The notes beneath the pieces were generated by a model. That model searched no databases. It saw nothing but the letters and a program-made list of their open reading frames with translations, and was not told the DNA's origin. A DNA stretch of 64,000 nucleotides, taken from positions 1,334 through 65,333 of the forward strand of contig JACQSB010000018.1 in the NCBI GenBank assembly GCA_016206175.1, read 5' to 3'. The stretch is from Candidatus Uhrbacteria bacterium. GTDB lineage: Bacteria > Patescibacteriota > Patescibacteriia > JACQRZ01. The position numbers and the translations under genes were made by a program. Each line of letters begins with the position of its first letter. Position 1 is the stretch's first letter. Below are positions 38,001 through 46,476 of this stretch, piece after piece.

Positions 38001-39393
38001 TTGTGTCAATCCTCGGCCCGAGGGATCGCGAAGCATATTTGAGCTTGCCCGTGAACTCGGACTGTACGCGCTTGTGTATCCCGACGACTACACCAAAGAA
38101 GAGGAAAAAGCGCTCTTTCTTGCTCGAGATGCCAACGGGATACCAAATCAACATTTCCCCGCGTCTATTGTCGCTGACATCAAAAAACGCTTTACGACAC
38201 GCGATGTCACGCCATGGGGGCTTGAAGGTATTTCCAGCACTCATACAGAACGGCGAGTAACACATGATGAGCGCGAACGGAGATACCCCCTTCCTCCGCA
38301 TGGCGCGATGACGGCAGATCAACTCGCTCGCATGTTGCGAGTCAATAAGAATAATGCAGAATACATCGCCTATACAATACTAAACAGCGGCATCGGGAGC
38401 CGCGACACATATCAAGAAGAAGGTGCTGATAAGCCAGAGCAGTACTATTCAAAAGACATCTGCGACATCGCGCGAAGTGAAAATCCCCTCATACCGCGAG
38501 AGTGGATCAAAGACAATGCAGTAATCAACAAATATGGGTATGGAGCCGACCTGTACGATGTAATGGATCATCTTGCGCGCGTGCGAAAAGACCTCTGCAT
38601 TAAGCATGGCACTAAATATGGACTTAGCCCGGAAGGAGAAATGCTGCTGCAACGGCTCATTGACCGCATACCGCCCGGCGCAGAAAAAATAAAGCATGTC
38701 GCGATGCATCTGAATAGAACTCTGGAAGACGTTGCAGCTCTCGCGGCAAAATATCGAGCTGGCGATCCGGATCTTTTCTTTTATCAGCGACGACCGGCAG
38801 GTATCCAAGAATATGCGATTGCAAGATTGATAGCACTCATGAAAAAATGGTTTGACTCTGGCGCGGATAAAAGTGGAAAACCTTTTTCGAAACATACACT
38901 ATCAGATAAAGAGAAGGCGGAACTCAAAGAAATCATGTTTGGTCCTCCCTATGATGCGCCGCGCGAGCATCGGTTTCCCTATGGATGGAGAGATCGCGAC
39001 TCGTTAATGCGCGAGTATGGAAAGATGGGTGAACACACGCAACGCTATGTCGCCCAACACTCAATGAGTGTCAAGATACTTCCACATCCAAAATCAAAAA
39101 AAGCAGTATACTGCTACGGTCCGGATGTAATTTATGAGTGGGAACAGGAAGCAGTTGAGAAAAGCAAATCTGTGACGGCGTTTAAGGATGCCCCAAGTAA
39201 TCACCTGTCGCTTTTTGAGCTTGCACGAAATCTTGGGAGAGACGAGATAACGATTGATGAACTTACCGACAGCGAACGTGATTTGCTCTTTACCTACAAA
39301 GACAAACGCGGGCTCCCAGTAGATCACCTACCGACATGGACAGCAGACAAAATCCGCGAACGCTTAGGGGTACGTATCGTGGATACGATATAA
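35026..39393 (+). CDS. SF2 (DEAH/ResIII-type) helicase with ~900-aa C-terminal array of ~12 degenerate HTH-like repeats
   Basis: Motif I MAGGTGKT, motif II VIFDEAHRY, motif III GFTQT, motif VI QRCTRATR. From about nt 36620 onward, units of 60-80 aa begin P..GW and end (H/Y)(F/Y).P.......(K/R)..F. Confidence 0.85.
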   Translation: MTIREKSIGELTGQMKEVSRTIGESIAAPTVSPETFASLSADQLQRLFSRRFEIYRKILLERSTVGDTSVGLSDRELASMREYLRMLNAIDQYIADNPTGVEGEPRLEPFQVDVIRAIQRFIEEGNTRGYLTMAGGTGKTVVYTKLLDVMRPRKTLILSPSQPSIGQIKDKMQVFAEGLDVGQIYQHAKEYGHDITVTTPNSYLLDIAADPEYARQFDCVIFDEAHRYLAPRMRAGIAALREDALMLGFTQTEKYSDEKKVANYLPIRIGNIDISEAVALRAISAFQTIFIKTKVDVSDVTITPDGGLNDREMQELAEQVGLDITMVDTYKEFTPDKRAMAFFNRKTECIEAAALYNNEGVRAAAIYSGMSQTETNAILKAHRAGEIKVVVCMKKLAESYDDPGIEVVLCHRPTLSPVLESQRCTRATRIPSWERDILKHHFSDEQKLPPKVALIIEAIFQSRDPRKVQVTFPSIAGGSFLYPKNSPESTKPRIYLPPVPEQVYTIHGLQVIADHRMVYEMTEKMEKEKYGDPESGWLPLEAILQNPYFEGITSFLITSNVYRLELKHPEWVKLFVNREKNKLLKHFSPDLIAALKNEFPLFPEGWKSEDDEVLKTYRLGRERLKRTASAVSRTLRIPYQDLICSRGKRVAISPQFESLLPDLYTPIPAGANTISQLTQESGGRVSEAAIRDVVEPYRASHQDWFIKQMTKLEKESPYTLRYRPDKSFKGHEYLTRELCDIVREHFDFGEERVRKGRPRPGWRMRTSLESQYGPLPPRVEQVVQNNPDTAELRNFNKTVDRSYHPKIIAEWAKEAERLAKKHAEELRKRYRPAPHGWISLYDFWKETKFETPEILQVKLNRMEDHLTHTAYPLVYFLDASGIPNLHMSPTQVQLARIEFGLINRFSRQTVQPSNWREESRFEDEYGYDSENIDFLAKGTLALANKDTPEEKRTAMERSRNMAPDTDRILWHRALARITKESLSPAKKTLLERCVNPRPEGSRSIFELARELGLYALVYPDDYTKEEEKALFLARDANGIPNQHFPASIVADIKKRFTTRDVTPWGLEGISSTHTERRVTHDERERRYPLPPHGAMTADQLARMLRVNKNNAEYIAYTILNSGIGSRDTYQEEGADKPEQYYSKDICDIARSENPLIPREWIKDNAVINKYGYGADLYDVMDHLARVRKDLCIKHGTKYGLSPEGEMLLQRLIDRIPPGAEKIKHVAMHLNRTLEDVAALAAKYRAGDPDLFFYQRRPAGIQEYAIARLIALMKKWFDSGADKSGKPFSKHTLSDKEKAELKEIMFGPPYDAPREHRFPYGWRDRDSLMREYGKMGEHTQRYVAQHSMSVKILPHPKSKKAVYCYGPDVIYEWEQEAVEKSKSVTAFKDAPSNHLSLFELARNLGRDEITIDELTDSERDLLFTYKDKRGLPVDHLPTWTADKIRERLGVRIVDTI

Positions 39394-39468
39394 AGCCTAT
39401 CGAGTGAGGATGCTCACGGCAAGACCGACCGCAAACGTAATGACGAGCGACAAATCCATACCTCTCGC

Positions 39469-39981
39469 TTATTCCACTAAAGTAAACTTCAAGGGAACCA
39501 CGAGCTTGTAAAGCTCTTCCCCTTTCTCACCAACCGCAAAGATTTCAAGCATCTTTTCTTCACCGTTGGTGAACGTGTAGGAGAGATTTTTTATCTCAAA
39601 TGTTCCAAATGTTTTCTCATCGCCGCCGCGCACCGCTGCGGTCAACGAAACTGCTGCAGAGCCATCCTTGTTGACGATCCGTACAGAAAGCATGTTGCCG
39701 GGGATGCCACGCGCTTGCCCGCGGACGGCAAACGGTGAAGGGACGAGTGTCTTTGGCGCTGGCTCGAGTAGGACGATATGTTCATTGGACGCAACAGCTT
39801 CTTCTGACTCCTCCTCTTTAAGAGATTCTTCATCCGAGCTGTCATCTTCAAGTTTTGATTCTTCTGTTGCAGCACCTTTCTGGTCAGTAGGCGCTGCGCC
39901 TTGTTGCGGTAATTGGCGGTTTGCAAAAACAGCAAGAAGGATAATAAAAAAAGCGACTGCCACGAGCCAATATCTTTGCAT
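39469..39981 (-). CDS. secreted Gmad2-type Ig-like domain protein
   Basis: TM/signal N-terminus and an acidic linker. VPSPFAVRGQARG..GNMLSVRIVNKDG...FGTFE resembles the Gmad2 Ig-like domain. Confidence 0.55.
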   Translation of the reverse strand: MQRYWLVAVAFFIILLAVFANRQLPQQGAAPTDQKGAATEESKLEDDSSDEESLKEEESEEAVASNEHIVLLEPAPKTLVPSPFAVRGQARGIPGNMLSVRIVNKDGSAAVSLTAAVRGGDEKTFGTFEIKNLSYTFTNGEEKMLEIFAVGEKGEELYKLVVPLKFTLVE

Positions 39982-40137
39982 AGAATACTTGTTAATAATT
40001 TGCTGTGCAGTATAGCAAACAAACCTCTATGCGCAAGGGCGTAAACACTAAGCTTACATACCGACATTCCTCGGTATCCGTGTACGATATATACGATATA
40101 TGTTATACTTAACCTTCAATTACTTATCTCATTTTTT

Positions 40138-40497
40138 ATGGCGTCTATCCAAGAATTGTTTCACCGTTTACAGAATAACAAAAAGCACCGCAATGATATC
40201 CATGCGATGTATCGAGATGCGTTAACAACTGAGAAAGGCTATCGAGAAATCGTCGATGAAATCAAAACGCTCCGTGAAAAGAAAAAAAGAATCGAGGTGC
40301 TTGTACGAACGAGATTTCAACGAGAGCTGCAACGGCTGGATGACATTAAAAATGAGATGCAAGGCGACACAACCCAGCTTACCGATGCGGTACTCACACA
40401 GATCGCCCAAGGCAAGATCGTGAAAGTCCGTGATGCGGACAACAACTCATACGATCCGATACTCAAGGTGAATTTCAAAAAATCTGATGAAAAATAA
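40138..40497 (+). CDS. hypothetical coiled-coil protein (119 aa)
   Basis: Clean ORF with a charged helical sequence. Confidence 0.5.
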   Translation: MASIQELFHRLQNNKKHRNDIHAMYRDALTTEKGYREIVDEIKTLREKKKRIEVLVRTRFQRELQRLDDIKNEMQGDTTQLTDAVLTQIAQGKIVKVRDADNNSYDPILKVNFKKSDEK

Positions 40498-40507
40498 TCC
40501 GATGAGA

Positions 40508-41146
40508 TCAGACAACAGGAAAATGCTCTTTTAATGGCTTTATCATCAACCGTGCCCAATCATCAAGTGCTTGCGGTTGCTGTGTGATCATTGACTCGAT
40601 TTCATCAATAGAACGAAATGATCCATGAGCAAGCGTCGTATCTCGAAGCCGACAGACAGGTGTGGCAAGTTCAACAAGATACATCACTCCAAAATGCACT
40701 TTGCTCACTTCGGTGGAATCGTCGTTAAGATAACCAAACAGATGCGGTGGCGGCGGGTCAACGATCTCAAGCTCCTCATCACGCTCGCGTACAAAACCCT
40801 GTTCTAAAATGTCGCGCGGCCCTTGCGCGTCTTCTTCTTCCACGTGCCCGCCAATACAACACGACCATGTGCCATGTAGACGGGATTCCGAAGCGCCTTT
40901 CAACTTCTGACAGAAAAAAACCGTCTTGCTGGGACGATACAACACGACCGCGCAACAGATTGGTTGCTTAAAGCGGGGGTCTTGTTCCGCATCCCCTCTT
41001 CGCGTGAAAGATGAAGATGCAAGGATTCGAGATCGGTAGTCAATGGTGCCTGCCGCTCGGAACCCACTGAAACTCCCTTCTTGAAAAAGCGTTTCACGCG
41101 GTATAACCAAGACTTTCCGATCAAATTTGTTTTCAGGATTTTGCAT
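40508..41146 (-). CDS. hypothetical protein with divergent Nudix-like box
   Basis: GGHVEEEDAQGPRDILEQGFVRERDEELEI approximates GX5EX7REUXEEXGU, but with altered spacing. Confidence 0.4.
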   Translation of the reverse strand: MQNPENKFDRKVLVIPRETLFQEGSFSGFRAAGTIDYRSRILASSSFTRRGDAEQDPRFKQPICCAVVLYRPSKTVFFCQKLKGASESRLHGTWSCCIGGHVEEEDAQGPRDILEQGFVRERDEELEIVDPPPPHLFGYLNDDSTEVSKVHFGVMYLVELATPVCRLRDTTLAHGSFRSIDEIESMITQQPQALDDWARLMIKPLKEHFPVV

Positions 41147-41525
41147 GCATCACTTTTTTTGTTTTATACCATCCGACGAGCAGAGGAAGGGTAAATGTAA
41201 GCGCGTAATAAATGTAGACATCCAACTTGTAGTATCCATCTGGCGGATTGAATGCTTTTACAAGAAAAAAATAATCGCATACCACTGCGATGCCAGTCCA
41301 GACAATACTCACCGAAAAAAAATAACGGGAAGAAGTGCTATGAATTTTTTTCATAAGGACCCAAAGTGTGACCGCCGTGGCAATCGGTGTGATGATCCAA
41401 CCGATCGCCCACAGCGGCACAAGTGAAAAAAGAGCCATGCCAAGCCCATAGCCAATGAGCCAGAGTAAAAATCCCCATCCCAGTCCGTCTTTGATACATT
41501 GTTTATTCATATTGATGAACCTCAA
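41133..41525 (-). CDS. hypothetical membrane protein (130 aa)
   Basis: Four TM helices. Overlaps the downstream gene by 14 nt. Confidence 0.5.
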   Translation of the reverse strand: MRFINMNKQCIKDGLGWGFLLWLIGYGLGMALFSLVPLWAIGWIITPIATAVTLWVLMKKIHSTSSRYFFSVSIVWTGIAVVCDYFFLVKAFNPPDGYYKLDVYIYYALTFTLPLLVGWYKTKKVMHAKS

Positions 41526-41542
41526 CTGTCAACCACACAGTT

Positions 41543-42619
41543 TCACAAACATGGCTTATGGAGCGTACGATTGTATGCGCTTAAAAGCTCATCCGCACTG
41601 GAAAATGTCTTGAGGTTTTCTTTTTTTAATCCCTGCCAGGTCGGATCAGTGTCGCAGTAATAGAACTTCGCAGTCTTGTATGATGAAGTATACCACATAT
41701 GCCCATCGCCGCGGAATTGCTGAACTTGCTCTTTTGAATTGTCCATCTCACTCGCTTCTTCCGATAGTGAACTCGGTGCCCACAATCCCCTTTCCTGTTT
41801 CCGTGCAACTTTTGCCGCTTCTACAAACTCTGCTTGGAACTGATAGGGAATGATGTAGGTATACTCATGCGCGTAGCCGTTCTCTATCATCCACTTGTTA
41901 AAGAAAAGGCCGTCATCGCGGTATACATAGCGAAGCAAGCGTCCGTATGTATCCCGATCGTTCTGCGTCGGGTCTGGCACAAGCCTTACCGTCCGATTGA
42001 GCAAAAGCTTCGAGGCTGTTTCCGATGATTCTTTGCCGAAGTATTGCACGCTCTTGCGCAGATCAACGACTTCGGGCGTATCGATCCCAATTGCGCGCAC
42101 ACGCTCTGTCGCGCCATTCATGGAAACATCGAGCGTATCGCCATCTACCGCTCGTGTAACGAGATACAAAAATTCTTTACCGTTTTCTCCGATCGGTATC
42201 TTTGCAAGATCGCTGTCAGTAATCCCCAATCCCAAAGCACGCATCAGCCGAAAAGCGTCTCTCGGCCGGCCGAGATAGTGCAGTGTGCGGTCAGGAGGAT
42301 AGACGTAGTATGCCTTCCCGACATCTTGTGTTTTAAGCACTATTCTTCCGGAAAGACGCCGTGGCGCACTCAACTTCAAAGAATCAAAATCCTTATTCGA
42401 TATCCCAAGCCCAAGCTCGCGCATGATGACAGACGCGGAAGACGGACGGCCAAGAAAATATCGCTTGCCGTCTGTGGGATTTACGTACCATGCCTCGCCG
42501 TGCTGCTGGACCTGCAATACAATACGACCTTTTAGCTGCAGAGGTATTTCTCCTGCTCTTGCAAAACTTGGCAAAAACAATGCAACAGCTATACCAATCA
42601 ATACTACGGCTCTTTTCAT
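41543..42619 (-). CDS. secreted thermonuclease (SNase) fused to 2x GEAWYV module and a C-terminal Cys-containing tail
   Basis: Signal peptide and two GEAWYV modules. DGDTLDV...VRAIGIDTPE...YFGKESS...DTYGRLLRYVY...NGYAHEY are staphylococcal-nuclease motifs. Confidence 0.8.
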   Translation of the reverse strand: MKRAVVLIGIAVALFLPSFARAGEIPLQLKGRIVLQVQQHGEAWYVNPTDGKRYFLGRPSSASVIMRELGLGISNKDFDSLKLSAPRRLSGRIVLKTQDVGKAYYVYPPDRTLHYLGRPRDAFRLMRALGLGITDSDLAKIPIGENGKEFLYLVTRAVDGDTLDVSMNGATERVRAIGIDTPEVVDLRKSVQYFGKESSETASKLLLNRTVRLVPDPTQNDRDTYGRLLRYVYRDDGLFFNKWMIENGYAHEYTYIIPYQFQAEFVEAAKVARKQERGLWAPSSLSEEASEMDNSKEQVQQFRGDGHMWYTSSYKTAKFYYCDTDPTWQGLKKENLKTFSSADELLSAYNRTLHKPCL

Positions 42620-42623
42620 CCCG

Positions 42624-43541
42624 CTACGGTTGGAGCTCTACTGGCACAGCAAGGTCTTCGACGGGAGTTCCCGCCCACAGCCGCGCATCGGGGCCGCGGT
42701 GGAGTACAATCCGTCTCGTGCCGTAAGCTTTTGACCGTTCGCTATCATCGTCGATGCGGCTGAAAAAAGATTCGCATTCTTTCAGGCCGCCTGGGCGTAT
42801 CTCATAATTATGCGTCTTTGAATCACCGAACGAAAGAAAAACCTTATCGGTAGGCATTTTTTTTAAAACTCCTGAATCCTGTAATGCGAGCGTGCCTTTC
42901 AAGATTGATGATGAATCGCGTGACGTAAACAACTGAACACCCTCGCGCTCCACATCAGTTGCATCCACGAGATAATCCATTTGTTTTACGACCGGCTTAC
43001 TGCCGGTTGCCTCTTTGCGCGCACTCTCAAGAGATGCCAGATAAAGTGAAAGATATCCTTGTGCTGAATCGTCTTGTGTCCCGAAAGAATCGAGAAGTCC
43101 GACGTATTGGGTGTCCCCTTTTTCTTCTTCGTACGTATTTGCCTCAACATGGATAAGTACGCGATCGACTCCGTCAACATTGATATTCTTCGCAAAAACT
43201 TTTGCCTTGCTTTTCAGCCCATCTTTCACCTCGTAGAGAGGATCGCCAGCAGCGAGCTCTTTCACTTCCTTGCCATATTGGGTTCCTACCTGCTCAATGC
43301 CTGGCCGCTCCTTACTCAACGTTTGCTTCATATCTCCTTTTGGGGCCATACCGGGCATCTCGGTGCTGCATCCAGCTAAAACCGAACCAGTTAACGCGAG
43401 CATAAAAACCTGTACCGATTTTGGGATCGCCTCAACAGATTTTGCAGCAACTCCGCAAATCTCTCCCACCTTCACAAAGCCTTTCTTCATCTGTTCCGCC
43501 GCAGCCTCACGGATAAATCGCATTGGATTTTCAAATCTCAT
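42624..43541 (-). CDS. hypothetical lipoprotein
   Basis: Lipobox-like LTGSVLAGCS after a hydrophobic stretch. An internal start is possible. Confidence 0.5.
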   Translation of the reverse strand: MRFENPMRFIREAAAEQMKKGFVKVGEICGVAAKSVEAIPKSVQVFMLALTGSVLAGCSTEMPGMAPKGDMKQTLSKERPGIEQVGTQYGKEVKELAAGDPLYEVKDGLKSKAKVFAKNINVDGVDRVLIHVEANTYEEEKGDTQYVGLLDSFGTQDDSAQGYLSLYLASLESARKEATGSKPVVKQMDYLVDATDVEREGVQLFTSRDSSSILKGTLALQDSGVLKKMPTDKVFLSFGDSKTHNYEIRPGGLKECESFFSRIDDDSERSKAYGTRRIVLHRGPDARLWAGTPVEDLAVPVELQP

Positions 43542-43561
43542 AGAATTAAGTAAGTATCAGA

Positions 43562-45124
43562 TCAATCTTTCACGCACATTTTCAGGGTAACACTATATGA
43601 AGAGCCGGCGGAACAATTCTGTTTTGTTTCATCCTGCTTGGCGCTCGTATCTTCATAACATTTTTGCAACGTAGGACTATAGAGGTAGCCTGCGGGGCAT
43701 GATGTCGGAGCGACTTTCTCTTCAGTTTTTTGCTCCTCTTTCTTCGGCTCCTCAGGAGGAAGGACGCCTTTCTGCTCAGGCGGGTTACTCACTGGTTCTG
43801 GTGGAGGAGGTGCAATTTTTCTTTCTGACGATTTTTCGTCAGTCGTAACACTTTGATCCTTATCGAATAATCCCTGGCTGGAATAGTCTTTGCCAGTATA
43901 TGGATCAATGACGACGCGCCGAATAAAGGAAGGCTCCGGATCTGGCATGTAGCCATCAAGAACAAAATACATCGGTGTTTTTGCCCCACTGGCAAGGCTA
44001 AAGAAAATTGCTACCGGAGAGATGGAGAAAAAATCTCTGTATTCTTCCCGTGATAATGCAAGGTAATCAGCAACGGCGTCGTTAGCAAGCGCATGCGCCT
44101 CATCGGGCGATATTTCAGGCAACTCTCCATTTTCATTGATCAAATATGAGATGTTTTCCGTATCAATCAACTGTTTTGTACTCGGATCAACATTTTCCGG
44201 GATTTGGCTTGATAAAGCGTCAAGTTCCTTGAGGTGTGTTTTGTCTTTATCCAGCTCGTAAGTATAGGGGTTGATGAGAATCCGTTTGCCAAAATAATAG
44301 CCACCCCCCGACGACCTTACGAAATCGATAAAGTACGTTTCGCTGCCATCGGCAAGTGTGTAGTCATCAGGATAGAGCGGAAGATAATCAGAACTTAGGC
44401 CAACATCACGCGCAGTATATTTCATCGTCTTTTTCTCTACGACATAAGTTGCCCTATCCCCTTCCTCGCCATTTTCATTCCAGCAGACAAGCGCATATTC
44501 CTTCCCCGGTTCTGCCGAATAATAATCGCTTCCCTGCGGAGCTTTCAACCCCTCCCAATCTTGGGGGCCGCTTGCCCAGCAAGCAACCGTCCCTTTTGAT
44601 GAACTCCATGCAAGCGTAATCTCTTCACCGGACCGTGCATGGGAATGACCCGTAATCTCAGGGACCGGACTTTTAAGCTTTTTACGCTTCAACTTTTTCT
44701 TACTGGCGACAACAGTCACTTTCTGTGATACTTTTTTTGTTGCAACTCCCTCATCGTCAAAACATTCAAGCTCATAGACACCTGTCTTCTTAGCAACAAC
44801 CCGTACCGACCCAGTCGGTTCTTTTTTCCCGGACCACGCACCTGATGCCGTGCAGTAATCGGCACCGTCACTCTCCCAGTCAAGGCGTATTTTTTCACCT
44901 TTTACTACTTTGAACGGTGCAGCATAAAATTGAATGTCAAGTTCAGAGGATGCATCATCTTCCGCCGCAAACCCAAACGATGTGATGCCTATAATGAGAA
45001 ACAAAGCGCTCACAATAGCAGTAATGGCAACCATCGATCGCGCAGCTCCAAATCGAGTAAAGTATTTCATAGAATTGGCGCTATTCATAAGATAAAAGTG
45101 TACTCTATCATTAGTATGCCGCAT
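43562..45124 (-). CDS. secreted protein with two Ig-like repeats and duplicated C-terminal Cys motifs
   Basis: TM/signal sequence (probable start ATG 45070, MKYFTRF). Repeats are L.WES.GADYCTASGAWSGKK and LAWSSSKGTVACWASGPQDWEG. C-terminal CPAGYLYSPTLQKC and CSAGSSYSVTLKMC. Confidence 0.55.
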   Translation of the reverse strand: MRHTNDRVHFYLMNSANSMKYFTRFGAARSMVAITAIVSALFLIIGITSFGFAAEDDASSELDIQFYAAPFKVVKGEKIRLDWESDGADYCTASGAWSGKKEPTGSVRVVAKKTGVYELECFDDEGVATKKVSQKVTVVASKKKLKRKKLKSPVPEITGHSHARSGEEITLAWSSSKGTVACWASGPQDWEGLKAPQGSDYYSAEPGKEYALVCWNENGEEGDRATYVVEKKTMKYTARDVGLSSDYLPLYPDDYTLADGSETYFIDFVRSSGGGYYFGKRILINPYTYELDKDKTHLKELDALSSQIPENVDPSTKQLIDTENISYLINENGELPEISPDEAHALANDAVADYLALSREEYRDFFSISPVAIFFSLASGAKTPMYFVLDGYMPDPEPSFIRRVVIDPYTGKDYSSQGLFDKDQSVTTDEKSSERKIAPPPPEPVSNPPEQKGVLPPEEPKKEEQKTEEKVAPTSCPAGYLYSPTLQKCYEDTSAKQDETKQNCSAGSSYSVTLKMCVKD

Positions 45125-45151
45125 GGAAAGCAGCTAAGCAAGGAGGTATCT

Positions 45152-46351
45152 TTACCCCGTTTTCAGATACGCGACCAAGCCCTTTGCAAAGATCTTCATT
45201 GCGCGTTTCAGGGCGGCTGCATTGAGAACATACGCGATACGAATCTCATTGCGGCCGAGACCGGGGGTGATATAGAAATCCTGCAACGGAGAAACCATAA
45301 TTGTCTCATTGTGATACGAAAAATCCCGAATGAGAAATTTCACAAATTCTTCGGCGGAGCCAATCGGCAGTTTCACGATAATATAAAACGCTCCTTCCGG
45401 CTTGCCACACACCACGCCCGGCATACGAGAGAGCGCGGCATATACCACGTCACGCCTTTTCTGGTATTCCCGCCGAACGGGCGTTGTCAATGCTTTTGAA
45501 TGCCGCAGCACCGGGATCAATGCATACTGTTCAAGGGTACCAACAGAGAGACGCGCTTGCGCAAACTTCAGCACCGATTGCATCAGCGCTTGATTGTACG
45601 AGATCAGGCAGCCAACGCGTGCGCCCGGCATGGAGTATCGCTTGGAGACGCTGTCAACGAGAATGACGTGCTCCCGTGTTTGGGGGTAGGAAAGCATACA
45701 GGATGGCTTGCCGGTAAAACAGATCTCTCGATACGTCTCGTCGGCGATCAAAAAGATATTGTGCAGCCGCGCAAACCTTATTATGCGCTTGAGTTCTTTG
45801 GCGGTCCACAGTTTTCCCGTCGGATTATCGGGATTAATGACGACAATCGCTTTGGTCTTCGGTGATAGGCGTTCTGCAATTTTAGCAAGCGGCGGAAGGC
45901 GCAGCCCTTTCTCTACTTCAAGGGTAATCGGCACAAGGGTAATGCCGATCATGACCGCGAAAGATTTGTAGCTTACATAGAGCGGCTCAAAGACAATAAT
46001 CTCATCTCCGACATCGGCAACAGCCATCATCGCAAATAATATCGCTTCGGCGCAGCCGACTGTTGGGATAATATTGCTCGGCTCAAGGTTGACACCCCAC
46101 TGACGATAATACTCGATCCATGCAGCGACATGATCCGGCTCTCCCGGGCTCGGTGCGTAGGAAAGATTTTTCTTGTGATAGTGGCGCAACGTCTTAAAAA
46201 AAAGCTGAGGGACTGCAACGTCAGGATCGCCGGTGTTTAATTTGTATACATGAATCCCCTTTTTCTGGGTATCCTGCATGAGGGGTAAAAACTTGCGGAT
46301 TGGCGATGCGATCACTGCCTGTCCGCGGTTCGAAATCGATGGCAAGGCCAT
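45152..46351 (-). CDS. class I/II pyridoxal-phosphate aminotransferase (aspartate aminotransferase-like)
   Basis: NPDNPTG and a SVSKRYSMPGARVG Lys-PLP motif. Confidence 0.85.
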   Translation of the reverse strand: MALPSISNRGQAVIASPIRKFLPLMQDTQKKGIHVYKLNTGDPDVAVPQLFFKTLRHYHKKNLSYAPSPGEPDHVAAWIEYYRQWGVNLEPSNIIPTVGCAEAILFAMMAVADVGDEIIVFEPLYVSYKSFAVMIGITLVPITLEVEKGLRLPPLAKIAERLSPKTKAIVVINPDNPTGKLWTAKELKRIIRFARLHNIFLIADETYREICFTGKPSCMLSYPQTREHVILVDSVSKRYSMPGARVGCLISYNQALMQSVLKFAQARLSVGTLEQYALIPVLRHSKALTTPVRREYQKRRDVVYAALSRMPGVVCGKPEGAFYIIVKLPIGSAEEFVKFLIRDFSYHNETIMVSPLQDFYITPGLGRNEIRIAYVLNAAALKRAMKIFAKGLVAYLKTG

Positions 46352-46476
46352 ATTGGTTTGAATCTAAGTACATCTATCCTATCACATCGCCCCAAAATAC
46401 CGTGTGCATAACTCCATTGAATACTATGCTGATGCATGGTACCATAAGGTCAATTTATCCACGCACCTCACTATCT

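Noticed and set aside
39982-40137. TACGATATA tandem duplication and nearby AT-rich sequence as a regulatory repeat
   Set aside because: There are only two copies, within a typical AT-rich promoter region (TATACT -10) for the 40138 gene. Evidence for a specific function is insufficient.
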